Shown: positions 33,270 through 41,949 of the stretch, piece by piece
Layout: every line of letters starts with the position of its first letter
Numbering within the stretch: the first letter of the stretch is position 1
Assembly (NCBI GenBank): GCA_023228665.1
Contig: JALOAR010000001.1
Coordinates: 1 to 48,307, forward strand
Length of the DNA stretch: 48,307 nucleotides
Source of the DNA: Candidatus Colwellbacteria bacterium
Lineage (GTDB): Bacteria; Patescibacteriota; Minisyncoccia; UBA6257; Colwellbacteraceae
Direction of reading: 5' to 3'
Translations under genes and position numbers: made by a program
Notes under the pieces: generated by a model
What the model saw: only the letters and a program-made list of their open reading frames with translations
Told to the model about the DNA's origin: nothing
The model's database searches: none

Positions 33270-33298
33270 TTGCAATTATTAGTAATAGTTATTATATT
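33270..33298 (+). promoter_or_regulatory. Candidate promoter for the Arg-Arg-Pro-His tRNA cluster, TTGCAA-N17-TATATT
   Basis: Spacing read directly, about 37 nt upstream of tRNA-Arg. Confidence 0.45.
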
Positions 33299-33334
33299 TT
33301 AGAAGCCTTAAGCGGGCCTCGCTACATTTCACTC

Positions 33335-33406
33335 GCCCTCGTAGTTCAATGGATAGAACAGCGCACTCCTAACGCGCTGATAGGGGTCCGATTCCTCTCG
33401 AGGGCA
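33335..33406 (+). tRNA. tRNA-Arg (CCT)
   Basis: GCCCTCG/CGAGGGC acceptor, anticodon loop CTCCTAA (A:C mismatch at the loop-closing pair), T-loop TCCGATT. 72 nt. Confidence 0.85.
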
Positions 33407-33423
33407 CACAGACGCTTATGTCT

Positions 33424-33495
33424 GCCCCGATAGTTCAACGGATAGAACAACTCCCTTCTAAGGAGTAAATGAGGGTTCGATTCCTTCTCGGGGTA
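33424..33495 (+). tRNA. tRNA-Arg (TCT)
   Basis: GCCCCGA/TCGGGGT acceptor, ACTCC-CTTCTAA-GGAGT anticodon arm, GAGGG-TTCGATT-CCTTC T-arm. 72 nt. Confidence 0.9.
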
Positions 33496-33507
33496 CTGTT
33501 TAACAAT

Positions 33508-33578
33508 CGGAGCGTAGTATAGTGGTAGTATACGTGCTTTGGGAGCACGCGGTCCGAGTTCGATTCTCGGCGCTCCGA
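33508..33578 (+). tRNA. tRNA-Pro (TGG)
   Basis: CGGAGCG/CGCTCCG acceptor, CGTGC-TTTGGGA-GCACG anticodon arm, CCGAG-TTCGATT-CTCGG T-arm. 71 nt. Confidence 0.9.
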
Positions 33579-33630
33579 CAAGAATGTTGATTTAGAAGCT
33601 TATTCTGAATACAATAGTTCTGGTTTGCAT

Positions 33631-33703
33631 GGTGTCTATGGTGTAGTGGTTAGCACTAGAGTTTGTGGAACTCTCAGCACGGGTTCGAATCCCGTTAGAC
33701 ACC
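33631..33703 (+). tRNA. tRNA-His (GTG) with encoded G-1
   Basis: G(-1)+GTGTCTA/TAGACAC+C73, AGAGT-TTGTGGA-ACTCT anticodon arm, ACGGG-TTCGAAT-CCCGT T-arm. Confidence 0.9.
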
Positions 33704-33712
33704 CCTATAAAT

Positions 33713-33744
33713 AAAATACTCCTTGTAAAGGGAGTATTTTATTT
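33713..33744 (+). terminator. Rho-independent terminator of the tRNA cluster
   Basis: aaaatactcc-ttgtaaag-ggagtatttt: 10-bp stem plus T-run. Confidence 0.7.
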
Positions 33745-33832
33745 ATGTATAAATTTAGAACGGGATTCGAATGTTGGAGGGGTCGAAAAACCGTTCTAAA
33801 TAACTTCTCTTACTTGTGCGAGGGGTTTTTAT

Positions 33833-34468
33833 TTATTCTTCGATTTTTTTATCAAACTCTTTCATTAGGGTTTGATATTTTCTATTGAGTTCATTTATGG
33901 AAAGAGCGTCTTCGTTTAATCCTTTTGTGATTTCTGCCATCTCGTCATTAAATTGTTCAGGCGAATAGCTGGTAAATTTGCTTCTTAATATATCAAGAAG
34001 AGATTTTAATTTTTCGTTGTAATTTAAGAGCTTGTCTACGAGGGATATTTCTGTTGATATTGCCTGCATTCCCAGGGATTGCGCTTCATCGTCTGGGATT
34101 GAAGGAATAGATGCTGCCATTTTTTCGAGCTCGCTTAGCAATTCTATGGTTTTGGTGCGAGCCTTCTCAATGCGTTCTAATTCTTTTATTGTAATATCTA
34201 AAGCATTGCCATATCTGCCAGCTTTGTCTTCTTCTTTTATTTTTTCAAGGCTATTTATTGAATTATCAGAAAACTCATTAAGAAAGCTGGCTATTTCAGC
34301 TCCGCTTGCCCGAGCTTCGGTAAATTCAGCGGGCATAGTAAATCCTTTTTTTGATATTAATGCTGTTCCCAGGATTATTCCGGGAATTATCAGCATTACT
34401 CCGATTAAGGGGAGGATCCATTTTCGAAACATGGGCTTTATATTATGTAATTTCTTTACAACAATCAA
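33833..34468 (-). CDS. Membrane-anchored coiled-coil protein (orphan)
   Basis: 211 aa. N-terminal TM helix (WILPLIGVMLIIPGIILGTALI), then heptad-like charged helical sequence. Confidence 0.55.
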   Translation of the reverse strand: MIVVKKLHNIKPMFRKWILPLIGVMLIIPGIILGTALISKKGFTMPAEFTEARASGAEIASFLNEFSDNSINSLEKIKEEDKAGRYGNALDITIKELERIEKARTKTIELLSELEKMAASIPSIPDDEAQSLGMQAISTEISLVDKLLNYNEKLKSLLDILRSKFTSYSPEQFNDEMAEITKGLNEDALSINELNRKYQTLMKEFDKKIEE

Positions 34469-34590
34469 ATATTCGACTAAATTATACTTTGTATACAGGA
34501 GTTTTTAAAAACTCGAATAGTAATGTGTTTCGCCTTTGCGATTTTAAAAAAGCGGGCTTTGCCCGCCGTAGCTCGCTTTGGCGAGCAAAG

Positions 34591-34664
34591 GCGGGATTAG
34601 TATAGTGGCAGTACGCTACCTTGCCAAGGTAATGGCGCCGGTTCGATTCCGGTATCCCGCTCCA
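34591..34664 (+). tRNA. tRNA-Gly (GCC), CCA encoded
   Basis: GCGGGAT/ATCCCGC acceptor, anticodon loop TTGCCAA, GCCGG-TTCGATT-CCGGT T-arm, then T-CCA. Confidence 0.85.
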
Positions 34665-34668
34665 GAAT

Positions 34669-34698
34669 AAAATCTACTCGATTAGGTAGGTTTTAAAT
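34669..34698 (+). terminator. Weak terminator candidate after tRNA-Gly
   Basis: aaaatctac-(8 nt)-gtaggtttt: AT-rich stem plus T-run. Confidence 0.4.
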
Positions 34699-34822
34699 TT
34701 TTAAGATTAATTCACAAATTACCTGCGAGGTGTTTTTTTGTATTTATAAGGCTTAATAAGTGAAATAAAAATCTTAAAGTGGCAACAGGATATTGTAATT
34801 TAGTCTGTGGTAAAATTTATGG

Positions 34823-36370
34823 GTGTTAATTGCGTTTGGGGCTATTTTGCCTATAGCGATACTTATTTTTCTTTCGTCTCTATCTAAGAGGGGTTTTTTA
34901 TTTTCAGTTGTGATTTCTTTGTTTTTTCTTTTGGCAATAAGTTTTTTTGTTTGGCAGATGCCTGTAATAGTTTTATTAGCAAGCTTACTCAAAGGCTTTT
35001 TTTTGGCGTTAGAAATAGCGGGCATAATATTTGGGGCCCTTCTTTTGTTTGGCGTTTTTCGCAGGCTTGGCGGCGGGCAGTCATCAAAAGCTGTTTTTGG
35101 CAGGCTGTCTTCTGATTATCGGGTTAAGGCTGTGCTTGTAGCTTGGGCATTTGTCCATTTTATCGAGGGAGTTTCGGGGTTTGGCACGCCGGCGATGATA
35201 GCTTCTCCTATATTGGTTTCTATAGGATTTTCGCCTGTTGCTGCGGTTATAATGTCTTTATTGGGTGATTCCGTTCCTGTTATATTCGGAGCGGTCGGCT
35301 TGCCGGTTACATACGGACTTGCTTCAGTAGTGGGCTGGCCATTAGCTATGGATGCGGCGGGAATTATTGCCGTATTGAATATCATAATGTCTTTATTGGT
35401 TGTTGTAGCTGTCCTGGCCGTAGCCGTGAGAGATAAAAAGGGGACTTTTGGAGACGTAATAAAAAAAATACCTTTTGCGATATTTGCTTCGCTTGCGGTT
35501 TCCGTTCCAGCCTTTATTACTTTTAAGCTGTTTGGTCCCGAATTACCTTCTATTGCGGGAGGGATTTTTGGAGTTTTGCTTATATCTTTATGGGCGCTTA
35601 CGCGATATAAGAAAGAAAATAACAGAAGTATTTCGGTGAAAAAAACCGATATTATTCCTTTTTTACCTTATCTTTTAGCTGTTTTTATTCTTGCTTTAAC
35701 TAGAATTCCTGCTTTGAAAATTTTTTTAACAGAGGCGGTTAATTGGAATATGCCTTCTATTTTGAATACGCCAATCAGCCATTTATTTTCACCGCTCTAT
35801 TCTCCTGCTTTGATATTCGTATTGGTAGCGATAATTTTTTGCCTTAATCTTTGGATAAAAGGCGATAGAAAATCCGTTAAGGAAGTTGTTTTTGGCGCTT
35901 TTAAAGAAATTAAAAAGCCTTTTATTACTCTTGTATTAATTCTTTCTTTTGTCCAAATAATGATGAATTCCGGAATAAACGGATCCGAGCTTGCATCTAT
36001 GACGGAAGCGATAGTCAAGCCTCTTGAAGGAGCTAATCCTATTTTTCTTTCTTTCGCTTCTCCGGCAATAGGAGCTTTAGGCGCTTTTGTTGCCGGCAGT
36101 TCTACGGTTTCTAATCTGCTTTTTTCTTCCATACAGCAATCAGCGGGGATTTTTTCGGGAATAAGAGAGAGCGTGATGCTTGCTATGCAGGGGATGGGAT
36201 CGGCTGCCGGCAATATGATATCTATACATAATATATTAGCTGCCATTACTGTGGCGGGCGCAACAGTTGCGATGGAGAGAAAAGTGCTTCGTTCCAATTT
36301 GCCGTTTTTAGCTTTATATATTTTTATATTGGGCTTAGCCGGATTTATATTGTCGGTGGTATTATATTAA
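34823..36370 (+). CDS. lctP: L-lactate permease (LctP family)
   Basis: 515 aa, polytopic. FIEGVSGFGTPAMIASPILVSIGFSP matches the LctP signature region. GTG start. Confidence 0.8.
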   Translation: MLIAFGAILPIAILIFLSSLSKRGFLFSVVISLFFLLAISFFVWQMPVIVLLASLLKGFFLALEIAGIIFGALLLFGVFRRLGGGQSSKAVFGRLSSDYRVKAVLVAWAFVHFIEGVSGFGTPAMIASPILVSIGFSPVAAVIMSLLGDSVPVIFGAVGLPVTYGLASVVGWPLAMDAAGIIAVLNIIMSLLVVVAVLAVAVRDKKGTFGDVIKKIPFAIFASLAVSVPAFITFKLFGPELPSIAGGIFGVLLISLWALTRYKKENNRSISVKKTDIIPFLPYLLAVFILALTRIPALKIFLTEAVNWNMPSILNTPISHLFSPLYSPALIFVLVAIIFCLNLWIKGDRKSVKEVVFGAFKEIKKPFITLVLILSFVQIMMNSGINGSELASMTEAIVKPLEGANPIFLSFASPAIGALGAFVAGSSTVSNLLFSSIQQSAGIFSGIRESVMLAMQGMGSAAGNMISIHNILAAITVAGATVAMERKVLRSNLPFLALYIFILGLAGFILSVVLY

Positions 36371-36374
36371 ATAT

Positions 36375-37322
36375 ATGGTTGTCAGCCTAATTTTGTTTTT
36401 TATAGGTTTTTTTATCCTTATTAAAGGAGCGGATATTTTAATAGATGGAGCATCGTTTATTGCGCAAAAACTTCATTTATCTAATTGGCTAGTAGGGACG
36501 GTTATTGCCGGAATAGGAACTTCCATACCGGAATTTAGCATAACTCTTGTATCTAATTTTGCGGGGCAAACTCAAGTTGCGGTTGGTAATCTCGTGGGGA
36601 GCGCGATAGTCAATATTTTATTAGTGCTTGGGGTATCTGCAATAGCGGCACCTCTTGTCATTAGAGATTCCTGGATAAAAAGGGATATGGCGTGGAATAT
36701 ATTTTCTATTGCGGTATTTTTGCTTTTTGCTTATTTGCCAATAGGGGGGCCGATAGGGCAATTATCCAGAATCGAAGGAATAATTCTCGTCGGCTTATTT
36801 ATTGTTTGGCTATGGAGAGTAATAAGAGAAAAAACTAATGGAGACGATGAGGCTACAGAATATTCGTTTACTTTTATTACAGCTATTGTGATGATAATAG
36901 CCGGTTTTATAGGCGTGGTTATCGGGGGAAATTGGGTGGTAAACGGAGCGGCGATATTAGCAGGGGCTTTTGGCATAAGTAAGGGTCTGATAGCTCTTAC
37001 AATAATAGGTATAGGAACTTCTCTTCCCGAGCTTGCAGTGTCGGTGATGGCGGCGCTTAAAAAACAGCCAGGCATAGCTATGGGAAATATTATCGGTTCA
37101 ACTATATTTAATTTTTTAATTATAGCGGGCGTTAGCGCAATAACTTTTCCTTTCTTTTTCCCGACTGGACTGTTTACAGATACGCTTATAGCAGGTTTTG
37201 CGGGAATGCTTCTTTTATTGCTAATGTTTTTTGGCAGAAAGAAAATTTTAACAAAAGCTAAAGGAATAATTCTTGTAGGAGCTTATGTTTTTTACTTGTT
37301 TTATTTGATTATAGGAAGATAA
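36375..37322 (+). CDS. Ca2+/Na+ antiporter (CaCA family, YrbG-like)
   Basis: 315 aa. Two alpha-repeats: GTSIPEF...GNLVGS and GTSLPEL...GNIIGS. Confidence 0.85.
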   Translation: MVVSLILFFIGFFILIKGADILIDGASFIAQKLHLSNWLVGTVIAGIGTSIPEFSITLVSNFAGQTQVAVGNLVGSAIVNILLVLGVSAIAAPLVIRDSWIKRDMAWNIFSIAVFLLFAYLPIGGPIGQLSRIEGIILVGLFIVWLWRVIREKTNGDDEATEYSFTFITAIVMIIAGFIGVVIGGNWVVNGAAILAGAFGISKGLIALTIIGIGTSLPELAVSVMAALKKQPGIAMGNIIGSTIFNFLIIAGVSAITFPFFFPTGLFTDTLIAGFAGMLLLLLMFFGRKKILTKAKGIILVGAYVFYLFYLIIGR

Positions 37323-37385
37323 TTTGACAGTTATAATTTGATATGACTATATTGGGCTTAGATTCTTTAAAAAGGATGTGTTGGG

Positions 37386-37589
37386 ATGATTGTTTCAAAA
37401 AAAGACAAGATAGATTGCCCTTTTGGCTGCAAGGATGATAAAGGCAATTTTATCAAAGTGGCTATCGGAGGAAACTGCCCCGTTTGCCGAACAACAATAC
37501 CTTATGGATCAGGGTATTCGCTTAGCGCCCAATCCAATATAAGGAAGAGGACGCGGACATTGGATCATAAGGTCCACATAGGGCCGTAA
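37386..37589 (+). CDS. Small zinc-ribbon-like protein
   Basis: 67 aa with CPFGC...CPVC. A terminator follows at 37610-37643. Confidence 0.45.
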   Translation: MIVSKKDKIDCPFGCKDDKGNFIKVAIGGNCPVCRTTIPYGSGYSLSAQSNIRKRTRTLDHKVHIGP

Positions 37590-37609
37590 GCCCTTAAAAA
37601 CTAAAATAA

Positions 37610-37643
37610 AAGCTCTCTTAATGGGAGCTTGATTTTTATTTTT
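37610..37643. terminator. Rho-independent terminator (usable on both strands)
   Basis: aagctctc-ttaat-gggagctt followed by gatttttattttt. An A-rich run precedes it. Confidence 0.65.
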
Positions 37644-37695
37644 ACATAGGTATATACTCACGCTATTGCTCTTTAATATAAAGGGAGGTGAAGTA

Positions 37696-37887
37696 ATGGT
37701 ATTTATTGCCATCTTCCTTTCGCTCTGCATTGCGATATTTCCAGTGATGGCGATTATAGAATTTTGTGATTTAAAGCTTTTTTTAGCTGTTAAATCACCA
37801 GCAATTCTTATTTTGCCGGCTGTAGCAATCGAATGCCGGGTTATCGGCCTTAAAGAGCCTGTGGGAAAGGACCACATAAGCTTATAA
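37696..37887 (+). CDS. Small hydrophobic protein
   Basis: 63 aa (MVFIAIFLSLCIAIFPVMAII...). AGGGAGGTG Shine-Dalgarno 5 nt before the ATG. Confidence 0.45.
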   Translation: MVFIAIFLSLCIAIFPVMAIIEFCDLKLFLAVKSPAILILPAVAIECRVIGLKEPVGKDHISL

Positions 37888-37913
37888 AGGCTTGAGTTGG
37901 AAGGAGGAAGCGG

Positions 37914-38075
37914 ATGGTCTTCATTGTTTTTATTAAGACATGCAGTATTGCTTGTGCTCCCGCAGAATCGGTTTTCTCCTGTTTTGGTCAAGAGATGTAC
38001 TCCAGAAAATATCTGGACCGCGCAAACGAGGGTTGCGTTTTAAAAAGCAGGAATAATCGAGATAGCGCCTTATAA
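37914..38075 (+). CDS. Small Cys-rich peptide candidate
   Basis: 53 aa (MVFIVFIKTCSIACAPAESVFSCFGQEMYSRKYLDRANEGCV...). GGAAGGAGG SD 6 nt before the ATG. Below the ORF-track length cut-off. Confidence 0.3.
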   Translation: MVFIVFIKTCSIACAPAESVFSCFGQEMYSRKYLDRANEGCVLKSRNNRDSAL

Positions 38076-38090
38076 GGAGGAGGCGCTAAA

Positions 38091-38120
38091 GGCTCTGTCT
38101 TTGAAGACGGAGCCTTTTTT
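38091..38120 (+). terminator. Rho-independent terminator
   Basis: ggctctgtc-tttgaa-gacggagcc followed by tttttt. Confidence 0.75.
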
Positions 38121-38156
38121 GATTTTTATTCCTTAAAGATTTAACTTTAATCATTG

Positions 38157-39413
38157 ATGATGGATAAAAAGCTGGAAAAATTAATAAAAAGAGAAACTAA
38201 AAGACAAGAAGAAACGATTGACCTTATTCCTTCGGAAAATATAATGCCTTCGGAAATAATGTTTGCAATCGGTTCTCCTCTTGCCAATAAATATTCTGAA
38301 GGCTATCCCGGAAAGAGGTATTATCCTGGAAATAATATCTGCGATGAAATAGAGATTTTAGCGCAGGAAAGAGCTCTCGAAGCTTTTGGTCTTGATGACA
38401 AAAAATGGGCGGTTAATGTCCAGCCGTATTCGGGCTCTCCCGCCAACTTAGCCGTTTATTTAGCTCTTATGAATCCTCGAGAAAAACTTATGGGCATGGA
38501 GCTTTCTTCTGGCGGACATTTGACTCATGGACATAAAGTTTCGGCTACCGGAAAAATATTTTGTTCAGTACAGTACGGTCTTGGCAAAAATGGAAGGCTT
38601 GATTATGAGGCAATAGAAAAAATTGCATTAAAAGAGAAACCGAAAGCAATTGTTTCCGGAACAACGGCTTATCCAAGAAAAATAAGCTTTAAAAAATTCG
38701 GTGATATAGCCCAGAAGATTGGGGCGTATCATATTGCCGATATTTCTCATATTGCCGGCTTGGTTTTGGCCGGGGAGCATCCTTCTCCTTTTGAATATGC
38801 TCAAGTTGTAACAATGACAACCCATAAAACCTTGCGCGGTCCGAGGGGCGCGGTTATTTTTTCAAGAAGAGAGCCGTTAATAGCCGGGAAAGGAAATATA
38901 AACGAGGCAATAGATAAAGCTGTTTTCCCCGGATTGCAGGGAGGGCCTCATAATAACCAGACTGCAGCGATAGCGCAGAGTTTTTATGAGGCAGGCAAGG
39001 CGAGTTTTAGAAATTATCAGAAAAAAATTATTAATAATTCTAAAGCTCTTGCTGATGGATTAAAAGCAAGGGGCTTTAAGCTGGTTACCGGCGGTACGGA
39101 TAATCATTTAATTCTTGCCGATTTGAGAAATTTTGAAATAAAAGGAAAGGATGCGGAAACCAGACTTGAAGAAAACGGAATAATAGCCAATAGAAACTCT
39201 ATTCCTGGAGACAAGTCTCCGTTTAATCCTTCCGGTTTGAGGATGGGCACGCCCGCAGTGACAACGAGGGGAATGAAAACGAGAGATATGGAAAAAATTG
39301 CTGATATGATTTACCGGGTTATTGCTTTTAATGATGACGTTAAAAATGACGTTAAAAATCTTATCGCGAAATATCCTGTAAAAAGTTTTGTTAATTCGCT
39401 TGAAAAGAAATAA
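38157..39413 (+). CDS. glyA: Serine hydroxymethyltransferase
   Basis: LIPSEN, YSGSPANL and TTHKTLRGPRG (PLP lysine) motifs. ATG at 38157 (TTG at 38154 is also possible). Confidence 0.95.
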   Translation: MMDKKLEKLIKRETKRQEETIDLIPSENIMPSEIMFAIGSPLANKYSEGYPGKRYYPGNNICDEIEILAQERALEAFGLDDKKWAVNVQPYSGSPANLAVYLALMNPREKLMGMELSSGGHLTHGHKVSATGKIFCSVQYGLGKNGRLDYEAIEKIALKEKPKAIVSGTTAYPRKISFKKFGDIAQKIGAYHIADISHIAGLVLAGEHPSPFEYAQVVTMTTHKTLRGPRGAVIFSRREPLIAGKGNINEAIDKAVFPGLQGGPHNNQTAAIAQSFYEAGKASFRNYQKKIINNSKALADGLKARGFKLVTGGTDNHLILADLRNFEIKGKDAETRLEENGIIANRNSIPGDKSPFNPSGLRMGTPAVTTRGMKTRDMEKIADMIYRVIAFNDDVKNDVKNLIAKYPVKSFVNSLEKK

Positions 39414-39415
39414 GG

Positions 39416-40216
39416 ATGATAAAAATAAACGGCAAAGAAATAGCTTCTAAAATATATGCGCGCTTATCTGAAAAAGAAACAGCTGGCTTAAAGCTGGCTG
39501 TTTTGATGGCGGGCGAAGATTCTGCCATATCTTCTTTTATTAAACAGAAAAGGAGAGCGGCGGAAGAAATAGGCATATCTTTTGATCTTGTCAGCCTGCC
39601 TTATAAGGCAGATACGCAAAACGTAATAAATGAGCTTAATCGCTTGTCTTTTGATAAATCTGTAACTGCCATAGTGGTTCAGCTTCCTTTGCCGGAGCAT
39701 ATAAACAAGAAAGCAGTGATAGGAGCAATACCTTCCGAAAAAGATGTAGACGCTTTAAATGGCGGAAATGTTATTTCTCCGGCTGTAGGCGTTGTTTTAG
39801 AGATAGCGAATGAATTTGGCAAAGATTTTCATAATACAGATGTTGCTGTTGTCGGCTACGGAGAGCTTGTCGGAAAGCCTGTTTATAACGCTCTTAAAGA
39901 TAAGGCGAGATCGATAAAAGTTTTAGACAAAGGAAGCAATATAAGCCTAGGAGTTGCCGAAGCTGATATTATTGTTTTAGGCACAGGCGTTCCCGGTATT
40001 GTGGATTCAGGCATGATAAGGGATAGATCGCTTGTAATCGATTTTGGTTATGGAAAAGGATCTCTCGGAAAATCAAGCGGAGATTTTAAACTAAGGCCGG
40101 AAGATGAAGATAAGGACTTTGCTTACACTCCGACACCGGGAGGTACCGGCCCTATATTGGTAGCAAAGCTTTTTGAAAATGTTTTTGAAATAGAAACTTC
40201 TGATAAAAATAAATAA
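39416..40216 (+). CDS. folD: Bifunctional methylene-THF dehydrogenase/methenyl-THF cyclohydrolase
   Basis: 266 aa. VQLPLP motif, GYGELVGKP Rossmann loop, C-terminal TPTPGGTGP. Confidence 0.9.
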   Translation: MIKINGKEIASKIYARLSEKETAGLKLAVLMAGEDSAISSFIKQKRRAAEEIGISFDLVSLPYKADTQNVINELNRLSFDKSVTAIVVQLPLPEHINKKAVIGAIPSEKDVDALNGGNVISPAVGVVLEIANEFGKDFHNTDVAVVGYGELVGKPVYNALKDKARSIKVLDKGSNISLGVAEADIIVLGTGVPGIVDSGMIRDRSLVIDFGYGKGSLGKSSGDFKLRPEDEDKDFAYTPTPGGTGPILVAKLFENVFEIETSDKNK

Positions 40217-40238
40217 CGACTCGATGAAACGAGCCGTT
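40215..40238. terminator. Bidirectional terminator between convergent folD and recA
   Basis: aacgactcg-atgaaa-cgagccgtt (one mismatch) with flanking A/T runs. Confidence 0.55.
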
Positions 40239-40247
40239 ATTTATAAT

Positions 40248-41279
40248 TTATTTTTCCGATTTTTCTTTTTCTATCTTGATAACTAGTTCTTTTTCTAGAG
40301 ATTGCAACATTTTTTTATCTCCTCTTAATGTTTCTTTGGCGGCTTCGGTTCCTACGCCAAGCTTTTCTTCATTAAAATAATAAGTGTTTCCGCTTTTTTT
40401 TGCGATGCCGTATTTCAACGCGCTGTTTAAGATATCTCCTTCATAAGATATGCCTTCATTGAACATAATATCGAACTCTGCTTGACGAAATGGGGGAGCG
40501 ACCTTATTTTTGACTACTTTTGCTCGGACCCTGTTTCCTACAACTTCCTCTTTTTTCTTTATCTGGGCAATTCTTCTAAGATCGATACGGACAGATGAAT
40601 AGAATTTAAGAGCTCTTCCTCCAGGAGTGGTTGTGGTCGGACCATAACCCATCATGCCTATTTTTTCTCTTACTTGATTGATAAATATCAGAAGAGTTTT
40701 GCTTCTTGCGGCTATGGCGGTAATTTTTCTCATTGCTTGAGATAGCATTCTTGCTTGGAGTCCGATATATTGCGCTCCCATTTCTCCGTCAATTTCAGCT
40801 TTTGGCGTAAGGGCGGCGACTGAATCGATTATTATTACATCAATAAGTCCGGATTTAACCAAGCTTTCCATTATATTAAGAGCTTCTTCTCCGTTATCGG
40901 GCTGGGATATGATGAGTTCTTTAATATTAACTCCTATTTTTTGAGCTCTTTCTGGATCAAGCGCATGTTCAGCATCAATGAAGGCGGCTTTGCCTCCTTT
41001 CTTTTGGGCTTCAGCTATAATTTGGAGCCCGAGGGTGCTTTTTCCAGACATTTCAGGACCGAATATTTCGACAATTCTTCCTTTAGGAAATCCTCCTATG
41101 CCAAGAGCGAGATCAAGGCTGAAAGATCCGGAAGATATTGAATCAACGTCAGTTTTTTTCGTTTCGCCGAGCTTCATTACTGACTCCTCGCCGAACTTAT
41201 CTCTTATAGACGCAATAAGAGAATCAAGATCTTTTTCTTCTTCTGAATTATTGGTCTTCGTCGTTTTCTTCTTGGGCAT
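40248..41279 (-). CDS. recA: Recombinase RecA
   Basis: 343 aa. GPEMSGKST Walker A, IIIDSVAAL, and FINQVREKIGMMGYGPTTTTPGGRALKFY. Confidence 0.97.
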   Translation of the reverse strand: MPKKKTTKTNNSEEEKDLDSLIASIRDKFGEESVMKLGETKKTDVDSISSGSFSLDLALGIGGFPKGRIVEIFGPEMSGKSTLGLQIIAEAQKKGGKAAFIDAEHALDPERAQKIGVNIKELIISQPDNGEEALNIMESLVKSGLIDVIIIDSVAALTPKAEIDGEMGAQYIGLQARMLSQAMRKITAIAARSKTLLIFINQVREKIGMMGYGPTTTTPGGRALKFYSSVRIDLRRIAQIKKKEEVVGNRVRAKVVKNKVAPPFRQAEFDIMFNEGISYEGDILNSALKYGIAKKSGNTYYFNEEKLGVGTEAAKETLRGDKKMLQSLEKELVIKIEKEKSEK

Positions 41280-41949
41280 TGTTTATATTATTATTTTCTT
41301 CGTTTAAATTTTCTGTTATATAAAAGACCTTTCTAATAACAGTGATCTCGCGTCCGAGAAATCTTTTAACTTTTATTTCAAAAGTGTTAAGTCCGGCGTC
41401 GAGTTGGACCTCTTTTGTAAACCGGCCTTCGCTATCAACGGGCACGAGCTCTTTGTTAATTATAATCGAATCTTTGGGATTAATCTTGCCTTCTATTGCG
41501 AGCAATTGATCTCTGGTTTCCAAAAAGTCCCTATTTTCTATTTTTTCAGGGAGATTTATGTCGAGAGAAGGTATTCCGAGAAATGAATTTATTCTTGGCA
41601 TTATAATAATGGCTAAAATTCCAAGAATTATGGCAAATATCCAGCCTTTTCTTTTTTTAGCGACGATAAACCTGTTTTTAGGGAGAAAATCTTCTTTTCC
41701 AGAGGTTTTAAGCCCAGCTTTTTTGTATGCGTCCAATAGTATCTCCGGTTCTGTATCGAGGGCGGAAGATATTTTAATCAAATATCCTCTAACGTAGGGG
41801 GCGGCAGGCATATTTTTAAGGTCATTATCTATTATTGCCGAAAGATACCTCTTTGGAATATTTGTAAGATCGGATAATTTTTCGAGCGTTATACCATGCT
41901 CGGTGATTATTTCGGATAAGATATCTCCTAATTTCTTATCATTATTCAT
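41248..41949 (-). CDS. RodZ-like HTH membrane protein
   Basis: 233 aa. N-terminal HTH (LGDILSEIITEHGITLEKLSDLTNIPKRYLSAI), a single TM helix, and a C-terminal beta-rich domain. Confidence 0.65.
   Translation of the reverse strand: MNNDKKLGDILSEIITEHGITLEKLSDLTNIPKRYLSAIIDNDLKNMPAAPYVRGYLIKISSALDTEPEILLDAYKKAGLKTSGKEDFLPKNRFIVAKKRKGWIFAIILGILAIIIMPRINSFLGIPSLDINLPEKIENRDFLETRDQLLAIEGKINPKDSIIINKELVPVDSEGRFTKEVQLDAGLNTFEIKVKRFLGREITVIRKVFYITENLNEENNNINNAQEENDEDQ

Noticed and set aside
33750-33805. tRNA-His 3' fragment / att-site remnant
   Set aside because: The hairpin tttagaacgg...ccgttctaaa contains acgggattcgaat, which is similar to the tRNA-His T-arm (acgggttcgaatcccgt). The similarity is only ~12 nt with no acceptor-stem match. 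It also works as the terminator of the convergent 211-aa gene.
35797-36297. 166-aa minus-strand ORF, and similar long antisense ORFs at 36731-37075, 46082-46525, 19149-19565, 34032-34508 and 5548-5916
   Set aside because: All lie inside confidently assigned genes on the other strand (lctP, CaCA antiporter, cysteine desulfurase, Kef-type antiporter, coiled-coil ORF, VirB6-like gene). None has independent signals.
37509-37991. 160-aa minus-strand ORF spanning the small-ORF block
   Set aside because: It has no SD. It runs through the bidirectional terminator at 37610-37643 and through two + strand ORFs with strong SDs. Its sequence is low-information, so it is likely spurious.
37900-38153. T-box or ZTP/THF-type riboswitch upstream of glyA
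   Set aside because: tctGGACCGCG loosely resembles the T-box core GGUGGUACCGCG, and GUGGGAAAGGACCAC resembles a pfl-motif helix. However, the match lacks a base, I found no Stem I/specifier or CCGCCUGGGC element, and the adjacent hairpin is only 5 bp. The evidence is insufficient.
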